From positions 1 through 33,272 of the IMG/VR virus record IMGVR_UViG_3300049044_000064: DNA of 33,272 bases. One strand, given 5' to 3'. Position numbers and translations under genes: made by a program. The stretch's first letter is position 1; every line of letters begins with the position of its first letter. Under the pieces are notes generated by a model, which saw nothing but the letters and a program-made list of their open reading frames with translations, did no database searches and was not told where the DNA came from. This stretch comes from a virus. Lineage: Duplodnaviria > Caudoviricetes. Shown in pieces: positions 15,962 to 24,831 of the stretch.

Positions 15962-16951
15962 TTAGGTGACGATGGTGTCGTTCCACAGATACCCGGCGGA
16001 GGTCGAAACGGTCACGATACCGACCTCTTCCTGGGTCTCGTATTCCCAAGCCTTGAGCTCCTGGCGGCGGTTGGCATCGCTCATGCGATATTCGCCGTTG
16101 GGCAGTTTGGACCTGGGCTGATAGCCGGCAGCCAAGGTCTTGAGACCGGGGGTGCCGGGATGGACGTACAGGAAGGCGGAACCCTTGGTTGCGTTCTTCT
16201 CCCAGATGTGGGCGCCGGTGAAGTCGGTCCCGGCCTTGAGTTCCTTGGCTGTGGACTTGATGCCCTTGGCCGTGACGACCTTGGAGATACCGAGCAGCTG
16301 GGCCAGGGTGTCCTCGGACAGGGACTGATTGCTGGTGTACTTCAGCTGGTCGCGGATGGCGTCCACGCGCTTCAGCTTCTGCATGGTGCCGTAGTCGAGC
16401 AGCAGGCGAATCTGGCTGATGGGAACGCCGGCCTTTACCATGGCATTGAGGGCGGTGTCGATGTCCACCAGGAAGGTGTTGGTGGTGTCGGTGGGGGCCC
16501 AGAGCCCCGCTGCGTCCTCGCCACCGGCATTGCCGTCCAGCCAGGTGGCTGCGAAGATGTGGGCGGCAACCGCCACCTCACGGCGCAGGTCGAGCTTGCG
16601 GGCGTTGCGCTCCAGCGCATCCTGCACCAGGTTGACGGGGGGCGACATGCCCGCTTCCAGACCGGCATCGCGCAGGTCTTCGTCCGTGATCCGGTGCTTC
16701 ATGGCATACTGGACCGTGTTGACATCCGTCTGGCTGTACTTGTGGTCCGCAATGGCGGCTTCGGTTCCGCGGGCGCGGGCCAAGGCCTCGTCACGGAACT
16801 GATCGCCCTTGTTGTAGACCGTGAACTTCGACTTGGCGCTGGGCATGTCGACGATCGGGAAGACCTCGGTGTTTACCAGCTCGGCGTCGTGGAACTTGAC
16901 GGAGACGTTTTGGAGGTGTCCCCTTATGACCTGTGATTGCATATCGGGCAT
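15962..16951 (-). CDS. Major capsid protein (329 aa)
   Basis: Follows the protease and decoration genes, has a strong AAGGAG SD and is followed by a terminator. LQNVSVKF...VFPIVD...RARGTEA and SAGYLWNDTI are HK97-fold capsid-type motifs. Confidence 0.88.
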   Translation of the reverse strand: MPDMQSQVIRGHLQNVSVKFHDAELVNTEVFPIVDMPSAKSKFTVYNKGDQFRDEALARARGTEAAIADHKYSQTDVNTVQYAMKHRITDEDLRDAGLEAGMSPPVNLVQDALERNARKLDLRREVAVAAHIFAATWLDGNAGGEDAAGLWAPTDTTNTFLVDIDTALNAMVKAGVPISQIRLLLDYGTMQKLKRVDAIRDQLKYTSNQSLSEDTLAQLLGISKVVTAKGIKSTAKELKAGTDFTGAHIWEKNATKGSAFLYVHPGTPGLKTLAAGYQPRSKLPNGEYRMSDANRRQELKAWEYETQEEVGIVTVSTSAGYLWNDTIVT

Positions 16952-16983
16952 GATTGATCTCCTTCAAATTCCTGGTTTAAGGG

Positions 16984-17361
16984 TTAGGCCTTGGGAATCA
17001 GCGTTGCGAGAACGGCGGTTCCTACTTCTCCGTTGGCGCCGCCCTCCATCAGGATTCCGGCGGTGTATGCGGTCGCGACGGCGGCAACAGCCAGGCCCGT
17101 GGCGGAAGAACTGATCAGGACGCCGGTGGCCAGGGTCGCGCCCAGGGCTACGCGCGAGGCGCCGGTTCCGATGGGGATGACGCTGGCGGGCTCGCCGGAT
17201 GCAGGGGCATTCTGGAGAACGCCGAACGGGATGTCGGTGATGGCAGCCATAGCGATGGCCTGGCCCGAGGAGTTCAGCTTGACGAACATCCATTGCAGGA
17301 GGGAGAGATCCGCGCCTGCGATGACGGTGACTGCGGTGCCGGGTGCCTGTACTACTGCCAT
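16984..17361 (-). CDS. Head decoration/cement protein (DUF2190-like, 125 aa)
   Basis: AGADLS...FVKL...FGVLQNAP..GEPASV...G pattern; lies between protease and capsid; AGGAGG SD. Confidence 0.8.
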   Translation of the reverse strand: MAVVQAPGTAVTVIAGADLSLLQWMFVKLNSSGQAIAMAAITDIPFGVLQNAPASGEPASVIPIGTGASRVALGATLATGVLISSSATGLAVAAVATAYTAGILMEGGANGEVGTAVLATLIPKA

Positions 17362-17395
17362 TGTCGAATCCTCCTAAAGGGGGCTTGAGCCCGTG

Positions 17396-17926
17396 TTACT
17401 CTGCGTCCGTGCTGAAATTCAGCTCGGGGTGTTCGGCGAGAACGGCGCGGCCGGCCTCGGCGTAGTTCATGCCCTTGTTCTCGGCCATCTTGGCCTTGGT
17501 CAGGGCGGTCAGCTTGTCGTCGGGCTTGGCTTCCAGGCTGTTGCCCTTGGTCACGGTCTCGCCGAACTCGATGACCTTGGGGCCGGCGTTCAGGCGCTCC
17601 TGGAACATGGCCAGGGGGGCCTTCTTGACGGTCTTATCGCCTTCCGCGAAGTCCAGTTCGGACTGGGTGGAAAGCGCCTTCATCACGGCGATGGTCGTGG
17701 CCTTGTCGGCTGGAAGCAGCTTGCCGGCGGTGACCAGGGATTCGCAGAACTCGTTCAGATCCTTGTCCTGGGCGGCGGACTTGATGCCGTTGATTTCGGT
17801 TTCGAGGGTGGCCACGCGGCCATTGGCGGCGGTCAGCTTCTCGGAAAAGTCGGTCGCCTTGGCTTCCGCGGCGACAGTCTTGGCGACTTCGGCGGCGAGC
17901 TTGGTGTCGAATTCCTGCTGGTTCAT
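17396..17926 (-). CDS. Nested in-frame scaffold protein (Mu gpZ-like, 176 aa)
   Basis: Internal in-frame ATG (MNQQEF) with AGGAG 6 nt upstream, at the protease/coiled-coil boundary. Confidence 0.6.
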   Translation of the reverse strand: MNQQEFDTKLAAEVAKTVAAEAKATDFSEKLTAANGRVATLETEINGIKSAAQDKDLNEFCESLVTAGKLLPADKATTIAVMKALSTQSELDFAEGDKTVKKAPLAMFQERLNAGPKVIEFGETVTKGNSLEAKPDDKLTALTKAKMAENKGMNYAEAGRAVLAEHPELNFSTDAE

Positions 17927-18553
17927 ATCGGTCTCCTGGTAAAGGGCGGCCTTTTCTGGGTCGGCCTGCATGGACTTGAGGGCGTCGATCTCGTACTGCG
18001 GAACCAAGCGGTTCGCCGTTTCCAGATCCTTGGTGTCGATGAAGTGATCGCGGATTCCCTGGAAGAGATTCCCGAGGCTGCGGAAGGACCAAACAGTCGA
18101 CCAGTCGGCAAAGTCGAGGGTGATGGACTCGCCCTTTTCGGCTTTGGTGTCGGCCTCGGAGAAGGAGAGAAAGCGGGATCCGCCCTCCTGGAAATCCGCG
18201 AGACCCTTGACGGCTGGAGCCTGGGCTCCCAGGAAGGCCAGGTGGCGGACTTTCAGATCCGGATACAGGCTGATGCTGCGCTTCTTGTACCGCTTCTTTT
18301 CCAGCCAGTCGGAAAACTCGGGAGCCTCATCGCCGATCTCGGCAAACAATGATTGCCCCTCGCGGGACACCGTCTTGATCCACGCCCAGGCGGGCGCATT
18401 CTCTTTCGGGTGGCCGATGCAGACAGGGGCCTCATGAAAACTGGGGTCGTAGCTCGATGCGATTTTATCCAGGTCGGCAACGGTCCATTCCTTGGCGTTG
18501 CCATTGGAATCGGTCTGCTTGCCGGCGCGGAAAATTTCGATCTTGCGGTTCAC
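17396..18553 (-). CDS. Mu gpI-like prohead protease/scaffold (385 aa)
   Basis: IEIFRAG, APVCIGHP..NAPAWAWI, RYKKRSISLYP and RHLAFLGAQAPAVKGL motifs, followed by a helical scaffold C-terminus. Confidence 0.9.
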   Translation of the reverse strand: MNRKIEIFRAGKQTDSNGNAKEWTVADLDKIASSYDPSFHEAPVCIGHPKENAPAWAWIKTVSREGQSLFAEIGDEAPEFSDWLEKKRYKKRSISLYPDLKVRHLAFLGAQAPAVKGLADFQEGGSRFLSFSEADTKAEKGESITLDFADWSTVWSFRSLGNLFQGIRDHFIDTKDLETANRLVPQYEIDALKSMQADPEKAALYQETDMNQQEFDTKLAAEVAKTVAAEAKATDFSEKLTAANGRVATLETEINGIKSAAQDKDLNEFCESLVTAGKLLPADKATTIAVMKALSTQSELDFAEGDKTVKKAPLAMFQERLNAGPKVIEFGETVTKGNSLEAKPDDKLTALTKAKMAENKGMNYAEAGRAVLAEHPELNFSTDAE

Positions 18554-18715
18554 GTCATAACATTAACCCCGCAGTAACGTACAGGCCACTGTACCGCACA
18601 AGTGTCTGTATAGTGATACGGATATAAGATTATGGGGGAGCGTTTTTAAACACAGTAACTGGGCTGTAAAAGCAAGGCCTTTTAGCCCTTCATCGAAAGA
18701 AAGGGATCCCCCAAA
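18554..18715. promoter_or_regulatory. Divergent late promoter region
   Basis: AT-rich gap between the divergent structural operons. Dyads GTACAG-N4-CTGTAC (18579-18594) and TAAAAG-N6-CTTTTA (18667-18684); direct repeat CAGTAAC (18572, 18653); TAATGT 6 nt before the protease GTG. Confidence 0.7.
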
Positions 18716-19123
18716 ATGGCACTCCAGTATAGCGTTGCATTGCGAAACGCCCAGAACGACGCAATCACGACCATCATCAGCACCAGCGGATTGCTGCGCA
18801 TCTATGCCGGCTCCGTCCCGGCCAACGTTGCCGCCTCGGTCGCGGGCAATACCCTGTTGGCGGAACTGGCCTGTAGCGCCACCCTGGCCGGCGCCTCGGC
18901 TTCCGGCGTCCTGACCTTCAGCGCCGTCAGTAACGACACGGCTGCCAATGCCACGGGCACCGCATCCTTTTTCCGCCTCACCACCTCCGGCGGCACCGGC
19001 CACATCCAAGGCACCGTCACGGCCACGGGCGGCGGCGGTGACATGACCCTCGCTACAGTCAGCATCGTGGAATTCGCAATCGTTTCGGTCACCTCGGCCA
19101 CCATCACCCGCGGCAACGCGTAA
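18716..19123 (+). CDS. Small Ala/Thr/Gly-rich all-beta virion protein (135 aa)
   Basis: LRNAQNDAI...LRIYAGSVPA...LLAEL...ATGTASFFR...QGTV motif recurrent in phage structural proteins; first gene of the rightward late arm. Confidence 0.8.
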   Translation: MALQYSVALRNAQNDAITTIISTSGLLRIYAGSVPANVAASVAGNTLLAELACSATLAGASASGVLTFSAVSNDTAANATGTASFFRLTTSGGTGHIQGTVTATGGGGDMTLATVSIVEFAIVSVTSATITRGNA

Positions 19124-19141
19124 AAGAAAAGGGGAATCATC

Positions 19142-19714
19142 ATGTCCAATCAAGCCTGGGTCGAACCCTTCATCATCTCGGCGGTCGACGGGACCGCTCT
19201 CGCATCCTCCACGACCCCCACCAGCATCTTGCCGGCCGCCAGCAAGTTCATCCTTTCGTCGACCTATTTCGATTCCGTCAATGGTAAGACTCTCAGGATC
19301 CGGGCGTCCGGCCGCGTCTCGACCGTGGTCACCACGCCCGGCACACTGTCCCTGGACATCCGCTTCGGGTCCGTGACCGTCTTCGCAGGCGGTGCCATGA
19401 CCTTGAATACCACCGCCCAGACCAACGTGGGTTGGGTATACGAAGCGGACATCGTCATTCGCACCGTGGGCGCGTCCACCTCCGCCACGGTCTTGGGTCA
19501 GGGATCTTTCAAGTCTCATGCAGTCATCGGGTCCCCGGCACCTACGGCCGGCGGATGCGGTGAGCATATCCTGCCCTACAACACCACCCCTGTCGCCGGT
19601 ACGGGTTTCGATTCGACCGCCGCGCAGACCGTGGACATGTACGCGACCTGGAGCGTTTCCAATGCCGCGAACTCGATCACCCTGCACCAGTTCTCTCTCT
19701 TGGCCCTCAACTAA
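19142..19714 (+). CDS. Hypothetical all-beta structural protein (190 aa)
   Basis: AAGGGG SD, GKTLRIRASG beta-sandwich pattern, translationally coupled to the next gene. Confidence 0.75.
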   Translation: MSNQAWVEPFIISAVDGTALASSTTPTSILPAASKFILSSTYFDSVNGKTLRIRASGRVSTVVTTPGTLSLDIRFGSVTVFAGGAMTLNTTAQTNVGWVYEADIVIRTVGASTSATVLGQGSFKSHAVIGSPAPTAGGCGEHILPYNTTPVAGTGFDSTAAQTVDMYATWSVSNAANSITLHQFSLLALN

Positions 19715-20562
19715 TGGGCTCGCGGGCGCGACATCAGACGTTTAATACGCGCGCGCCCGCGTCTCTTGAGGCTATTACAGGGCTGGATTTTCCCACCAAT
19801 GCCACGGCGGGAAGCGATGTCCGCTTGACCTGGACCGGCGCCGACATCCTGCCTCGGAATAACCATACGGCGATCTGGACGGCGAAGTATGTCCAGCAAA
19901 CCGGTTATTACGCGAACCTCTGGCATTGCCACAATGGAGCCTTCGCCGGAGCCGAATATGATTTCGGCACTCATCCCTTTCCATGCGACGGGGCTTTTGA
20001 CGGCCAGAACAAGGCGACCGGGGGCACCTCCGATACCGGGATTGTCCACTATTACGAAATCGCCACGGTGGGCGAATCGGTTGATTACATCGGCGGGGTC
20101 ACCGCGGAATCGTACCTGGTCACGAAGGGCGTATGGGTTACCTCGGCCCGCTCCAGCGAAGTGGTTGGGGCCAACATTCGCCACCGGTACTGGCCGGACA
20201 TTTCCCAGCCTACCAAATACATCGAGGTCACCCGCGTCCTGGCGAACATGAACACGCCCGCCAGCCCAGTATTCCTGATCGGATGCTCCCCCTGGCGGGC
20301 GGATTCGCCTTCACCTGGGCAGAACGATGAGACCCCGGGCGGCATCCTTCGCGGGTTCAAATTGTTCTCCGCATCACTCTCCATTACGGACATCGCCACC
20401 GAAGCGGCCAGCACCAGCAACACGCCCCAGACCGCCGCGGGCATCGCTTCGGTCTGGTATATGAACGTGAATCCGACACCCTCGGACGTAACCGACAAAT
20501 CCGGCGCCGGGCATCATCCCGCCTGGGCCAACGCGAATCGCCCAACCCTGGTGACGCTCTAA
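19714..20562 (+). CDS. LamG/concanavalin-A-like domain protein (282 aa)
   Basis: FLIG...GILRGFKLFSASLSITDIATE and VWYMN...TDKSGAGHH resemble the terminal motifs of LamG-like jelly rolls. Confidence 0.65.
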   Translation: MGSRARHQTFNTRAPASLEAITGLDFPTNATAGSDVRLTWTGADILPRNNHTAIWTAKYVQQTGYYANLWHCHNGAFAGAEYDFGTHPFPCDGAFDGQNKATGGTSDTGIVHYYEIATVGESVDYIGGVTAESYLVTKGVWVTSARSSEVVGANIRHRYWPDISQPTKYIEVTRVLANMNTPASPVFLIGCSPWRADSPSPGQNDETPGGILRGFKLFSASLSITDIATEAASTSNTPQTAAGIASVWYMNVNPTPSDVTDKSGAGHHPAWANANRPTLVTL

Positions 20563-20565
20563 GCC

Positions 20566-20784
20566 ATGGCTAAGATCATCTACGCCGAGAAGGCAAAAGC
20601 CAATGGGGACGCCATCGATGGCGTCACCGCCGACTTTGATGGGCAGACCTTCGCGATTGCATTCTATCCCGGCGACACCCGGGTCTATGCGGTCAGGGTG
20701 GCAGCCCTTAAGGCTTGGCTTGCCTTTGAAGTGAATGAAGACGCCAAGCGGCGCGGGCGTCCCCTTCCGGAGACGGTCGCGTAA
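20566..20784 (+). CDS. Hypothetical protein (72 aa)
   Basis: Fills the gap exactly; its stop overlaps the next ATG (TAATG). Confidence 0.65.
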   Translation: MAKIIYAEKAKANGDAIDGVTADFDGQTFAIAFYPGDTRVYAVRVAALKAWLAFEVNEDAKRRGRPLPETVA

Positions 20785-22655
20785 TGGCAACAGACGGATG
20801 GGTCCAGGCAACTGGCAGCGACCAGGCAATCTCCACCTACAACCCTCTGTGGGTGATGATTGGCACGGGCGGGATCTCTATCCCCTCGGGCGTTGCTCAG
20901 TTCGAAGCGCGCGGGACGGATTACAACACAGCCTACCGGAGCGACGTCGCCGCCAGCGTGGCGAATTATTCTCGGACGGTCATCACCACCACCCAAATTT
21001 CAGGAAGCGTCTACTGTGGACCTGCAGATAGGTGCCAGGTTGGAGTTGATACATCCTACCACATCGATACGAATGGGGGATCGGTCTACGCATCTCGGGA
21101 TGTAGCGGGAACTCGCACCACCCTGGAAGGTCCAATTGGAGGCTTGAGTTTTGCTGCGGGAGATGTGTGCGGCCTTGAGGTGGACGGAACCGGGGCTACC
21201 GTTGCCCTCAAGATCTATAAGGCCCTCGCGGCTTCGCCCACGGTTTTTACCCTGGAGCATACCACCAACGACACGGATGGCAGTCGAATTACTACCGCCG
21301 GCCGTCCTGGTGTATTTGCCTATGGTTCATCCACGGACTATGGAGGAGGGCCTTGGACAGGCGCGAATTCCGCAGCGGCAGAGGTGGCCGTGGGAAGCCG
21401 CGGGAAAAAGCCCGCTATCCACCCCGGAAACCACCCGGGCCGGTTCGGGCGCCTCATCCGAACCAAGCGGAACAACGTCGCCGCAACCGTGACCATCGCG
21501 GGCGACATCACCGCGACCGACGATTCCGACACTTCGGCCCTTGTCGGCACCGAGACATTCGCCGGGACCTTTGCGGTTACCGACGATACCGATACCCTTG
21601 CCGCCCAAGGGGAAGTGTGGAACCCGGCCGCCAGCCGCCGCGCCAAGACTCCGGTACATCCCGGCGCCGGCCCGTACAACTTCCTCCGGTTCAAGAGGTC
21701 CGCCCGGAATACGTCCCTGGTCGCCCTCCCGGTCACGGGGGACATTGCGGCCACGGATGATACCGATACCTCCGCCATCACCGGCACCGAGACCATCCAA
21801 GCGGCCATGGCGGCCAGCGATGCCGCGGACTCATCGGCGATCGCCGGCATCGAAACCATTGCCGGATCCCTCGCGGTCAGCGACGAAGCGGATACCTGCG
21901 CCCTAGTGGGATCCGAAACCTTTGCCGCCTCCATGGCCGCCACGGACGAGGCCGATACCTCCAGCATGGCCGGGACGGAAACGATTGCCGCGGCTATGGC
22001 AGCCTCCGACGAAACGGATACCTCCGCTCTCGCAGGTACGGAAACCATCGCCGCCGCGGTGAGCGTGACCGATGCCACCGACACCAGCGCGGTCACCGGC
22101 ACCGAGACCATCGCCGGGGCCATCGGCGCCACCGATGGCGCGGACTCCTGCTCCTTCACCGATGGCGGGCCGACCGGAACCATCGACTGCACCGATGAGG
22201 CGGATACCGCGGCCCTGGTCGGGACCCAGACGATTACCGGATCCGCCGCGGCTTCGGATGCAGCGGACACCGGATCCATCGCCGGCACCGAGACCATTGC
22301 CGCCGCCCTTTCCGTTTCCGATGCGACGGATGAGGCCATCCTGGCCGCCGTGGAATCGCTCATCGCCTCGATTGGTGTCTCGGATGAGGATGACGTTTCG
22401 GTCATTTCCGGGGATGCCTCGGGAAGCGTGACCGGCACGATTTCTGCCACGGACGCGGATGATGCCGCCGTCCTTATCGCCATCGAAACCCTGATCGTGT
22501 CCATTTCGGCCACGGATGAAGGTGATACCTCCCTAATTACCTCCGGGATTCCCGTCGTTACCCGGTTCACGGGTGGGCCCTATGTGAAATCCGCCCGGTC
22601 CACGCAGGCATACACCAAAACAGTCCGCTTCGAAGGGCCCTATAGCAATGAGTGA
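20784..22655 (+). CDS. Fibre-like protein: lectin-like N-domain plus acidic 21-aa repeats (623 aa)
   Basis: N-terminal beta-sandwich (GDVCGLEVDG...ITTAGRPGV) followed by about 15 TETIAAAMAASDETDTSALAG-type units. Confidence 0.8.
   Translation: MATDGWVQATGSDQAISTYNPLWVMIGTGGISIPSGVAQFEARGTDYNTAYRSDVAASVANYSRTVITTTQISGSVYCGPADRCQVGVDTSYHIDTNGGSVYASRDVAGTRTTLEGPIGGLSFAAGDVCGLEVDGTGATVALKIYKALAASPTVFTLEHTTNDTDGSRITTAGRPGVFAYGSSTDYGGGPWTGANSAAAEVAVGSRGKKPAIHPGNHPGRFGRLIRTKRNNVAATVTIAGDITATDDSDTSALVGTETFAGTFAVTDDTDTLAAQGEVWNPAASRRAKTPVHPGAGPYNFLRFKRSARNTSLVALPVTGDIAATDDTDTSAITGTETIQAAMAASDAADSSAIAGIETIAGSLAVSDEADTCALVGSETFAASMAATDEADTSSMAGTETIAAAMAASDETDTSALAGTETIAAAVSVTDATDTSAVTGTETIAGAIGATDGADSCSFTDGGPTGTIDCTDEADTAALVGTQTITGSAAASDAADTGSIAGTETIAAALSVSDATDEAILAAVESLIASIGVSDEDDVSVISGDASGSVTGTISATDADDAAVLIAIETLIVSISATDEGDTSLITSGIPVVTRFTGGPYVKSARSTQAYTKTVRFEGPYSNE
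21489..22548 (+). repeat. Degenerate ~63-bp (21-aa) coding tandem repeat, ~15 units, interrupted once
   Basis: The [ST]D-x-x-D core was counted 15 times, mostly at 21-residue spacing, with recurring GGCACCGAGAC-like DNA. Confidence 0.85.
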
Positions 22656-22953
22656 TCTCTATTTCGAAACCCAAGATTTGACCGTGGAGATTGACACCGA
22701 GGACGAAGATCTCGAACTCCATACCCTGCCAAAAATCTGGTTCATCTACACCGATGCAGACGGGGAGGCATCGGAACCGGAGGCGTTGACCGGCCTGGTA
22801 ACCGACGATTCGGTGATGTACGCAGCCCTAGAACCGCTGGAAATAGGGGTTTACCGAGTCTGGGCGGAGTCCGTCGATACCAATGGGAAGCAATGCGTTT
22901 CCCCGGCCTTCTCGATTCCCGCCTCCGCGCGCGGGACCGTGAGGCCTTCGTAA
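22648..22953 (+). CDS. Small acidic Ig-like/BppU-N-like protein (101 aa)
   Basis: GVYRVWAESVDTNGK...SPAFSI C-terminal Ig-type pattern (inference); overlaps the upstream gene and abuts terS. Confidence 0.6.
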   Translation: MSDLYFETQDLTVEIDTEDEDLELHTLPKIWFIYTDADGEASEPEALTGLVTDDSVMYAALEPLEIGVYRVWAESVDTNGKQCVSPAFSIPASARGTVRPS

Positions 22954-23364
22954 ATGTCCCGGAAATCGTCCAAACGTCAAGACGTAACCAATCCGCTGTT
23001 CGAGCCTGAAGAGGTGATCGCGGCCATCGTCGAAGCGCGCGGATCGGTTTCAGATGCAGCCACCATCCTCGGGGTGAAGCGGCAGACGGTCTATAACTAC
23101 AAGGACAAGCACCCGGAGATCGCCGAGGCCCTGGAAGCATCGCGCACCCAATACAAGGAAACCTGCCAGGAGCTTGCGCGGGACAACCACCTGACCCAGC
23201 TATACGGCGGGCATGCGGCGGCCACGGCCTACGAGCTCGCGAAGCTGGAGCCGAAACCCGATTCGGTGAACATCGACCCGTCCAAGTTGACCCTGGAAGA
23301 ACTGGCCGAACTCCGCCGCCTTTTGCTGAAAGCGAAGCCCGATGGTAGTGGCGCAGAGTCTTGA
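22954..23364 (+). CDS. terS: Terminase small subunit
   Basis: HTH GSVSDAATILGVKRQTVYNY, C-terminal IDPSKLTLEELAEL; overlaps terL. Confidence 0.8.
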   Translation: MSRKSSKRQDVTNPLFEPEEVIAAIVEARGSVSDAATILGVKRQTVYNYKDKHPEIAEALEASRTQYKETCQELARDNHLTQLYGGHAAATAYELAKLEPKPDSVNIDPSKLTLEELAELRRLLLKAKPDGSGAES

Positions 23365-24829
23365 AATTGGCCCCGGGATCCTCCCAGCCGTAACCGCGGA
23401 CCTGTGCCGGCGGTCGTTTTACCATTTCCTGGTCTACTTCTGGGACACGATTGTCGAGGACGAGTACCTGGACAACTGGCATATCCGGTACATCTGCGAA
23501 GAACTCCAAACGGCAGCCGAGCGGGTGTTCCGGAACGAGCCGCGCGAAGCGGATCTGATCATCAACGTCCCGCCAGGATCCTCCAAGTCGACCATCGTGA
23601 CCATCATGTTCCCGGCCTGGGTGTGGACGCGCATGACGCATGCCCGATTCATCACCGGGTCTTATTCCTCGGACCTTTCGATCCTGCATGCGGTCAAGTC
23701 CCGCGACGTGCTGAAATCGAACAAGTTCCAGGAACTATTCCCCAACCTGATCGCCTTCAAGCGGGACATGGACGGGAAAACCGCCTATGAGAACACAGGC
23801 AAGGGATCCCGCCACATCACCAGCCCCGGCGGCACGGCTACGGGCAAGCATGCGCACTTCATCATCGTGGATGACCCCATCAATCCCGAACTCGCGTTCT
23901 CGGAAGTCGAGCGGAAGAAGGCCACGCGCTGGATGGACAAGACCATGAGCTCCCGTAAGGTGAATAAGCGGGTCACCCTGACGATCCTGGTCATGCAGCG
24001 CCTGGCGGAGGACGATCCCACGGGTCACCTGCTGGCCAAGAAGAACAAGAAGATCCGCCACATCTGCCTACCTTCGGAAATCACCGACCTGGAAAACGTG
24101 ATGCCCCCGGAGGCCGCGGCCTTTTACGTCGATGGCCTGCTGGACCCGGTGCGCCTGGATCGGGAAGTCCTCACCGAATCCAAGACCGACCTCGGGAGTG
24201 TGGATTACGCCGGCCAGCACCTGCAGAGCCCGCATGCGGCCGAGGGCGGCATCTTCAAGCGGGCCTGGTTCAAGTACTACACCGAGATCCCGCAGACGCG
24301 CCCGATCCGCACGACCCATTCCTGGGACACCGCCTACAAGGCGAAGCAGGCGAACGACTATTCCGCGAATACGGTCTGGAAGCAATTCCCCCACGGCCAT
24401 TACCTAACCAAGTTCTGGATGGAGAAGGTGGAAACGCCGACCCTGAAGAAGGAGATCCAAACCCAGTATGCCGCCGACCCTGGGGAATCCGTCCTCATCG
24501 AGGACAAGGCCAGCGGGCAAAGCATTATCCAGGATCTGGAAGCGGAAACCACCCTGCCCATCAAGGGCGTGATTCCTGATGCCGACAAGGTGGTCCGGGC
24601 GAACCGCGCGGCGCCGACCGTCGAAGCCGGGAACATCTATCTGCCGCTGAATGAACCCTGGACCGCGGCCCTGGTGGACAAGCTGTGCGCCTTCCCGGGC
24701 GTGAAGCATGACGATGATGTCGATTCCTTCACCCAATACATCAACTGGGTCCGCACCCAGTCCACAGGGATCCCCGCCGTCCATTCCGCCGGCCAACGCA
24801 TCGCCAAGAAAATAACCCAAGGATACTGA
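23342..24829 (+). CDS. terL: Terminase large subunit (Terminase_6 type)
   Basis: Walker A IINVPPGSSKS, Walker B FIIVDDP, VMQRL coupling motif, nuclease motifs SWDTA, IEDKASG and HDDDVDS. Confidence 0.95.
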   Translation: MVVAQSLEIGPGILPAVTADLCRRSFYHFLVYFWDTIVEDEYLDNWHIRYICEELQTAAERVFRNEPREADLIINVPPGSSKSTIVTIMFPAWVWTRMTHARFITGSYSSDLSILHAVKSRDVLKSNKFQELFPNLIAFKRDMDGKTAYENTGKGSRHITSPGGTATGKHAHFIIVDDPINPELAFSEVERKKATRWMDKTMSSRKVNKRVTLTILVMQRLAEDDPTGHLLAKKNKKIRHICLPSEITDLENVMPPEAAAFYVDGLLDPVRLDREVLTESKTDLGSVDYAGQHLQSPHAAEGGIFKRAWFKYYTEIPQTRPIRTTHSWDTAYKAKQANDYSANTVWKQFPHGHYLTKFWMEKVETPTLKKEIQTQYAADPGESVLIEDKASGQSIIQDLEAETTLPIKGVIPDADKVVRANRAAPTVEAGNIYLPLNEPWTAALVDKLCAFPGVKHDDDVDSFTQYINWVRTQSTGIPAVHSAGQRIAKKITQGY

Positions 24830-24831
24830 AC

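Noticed and set aside
21489-22548. Repeat array considered as CRISPR or a DGR template/variable repeat
   Set aside because: The repeats are degenerate in-frame coding units with no unique spacers, no cas or reverse transcriptase gene, and no adenine-specific mismatch pair seen.
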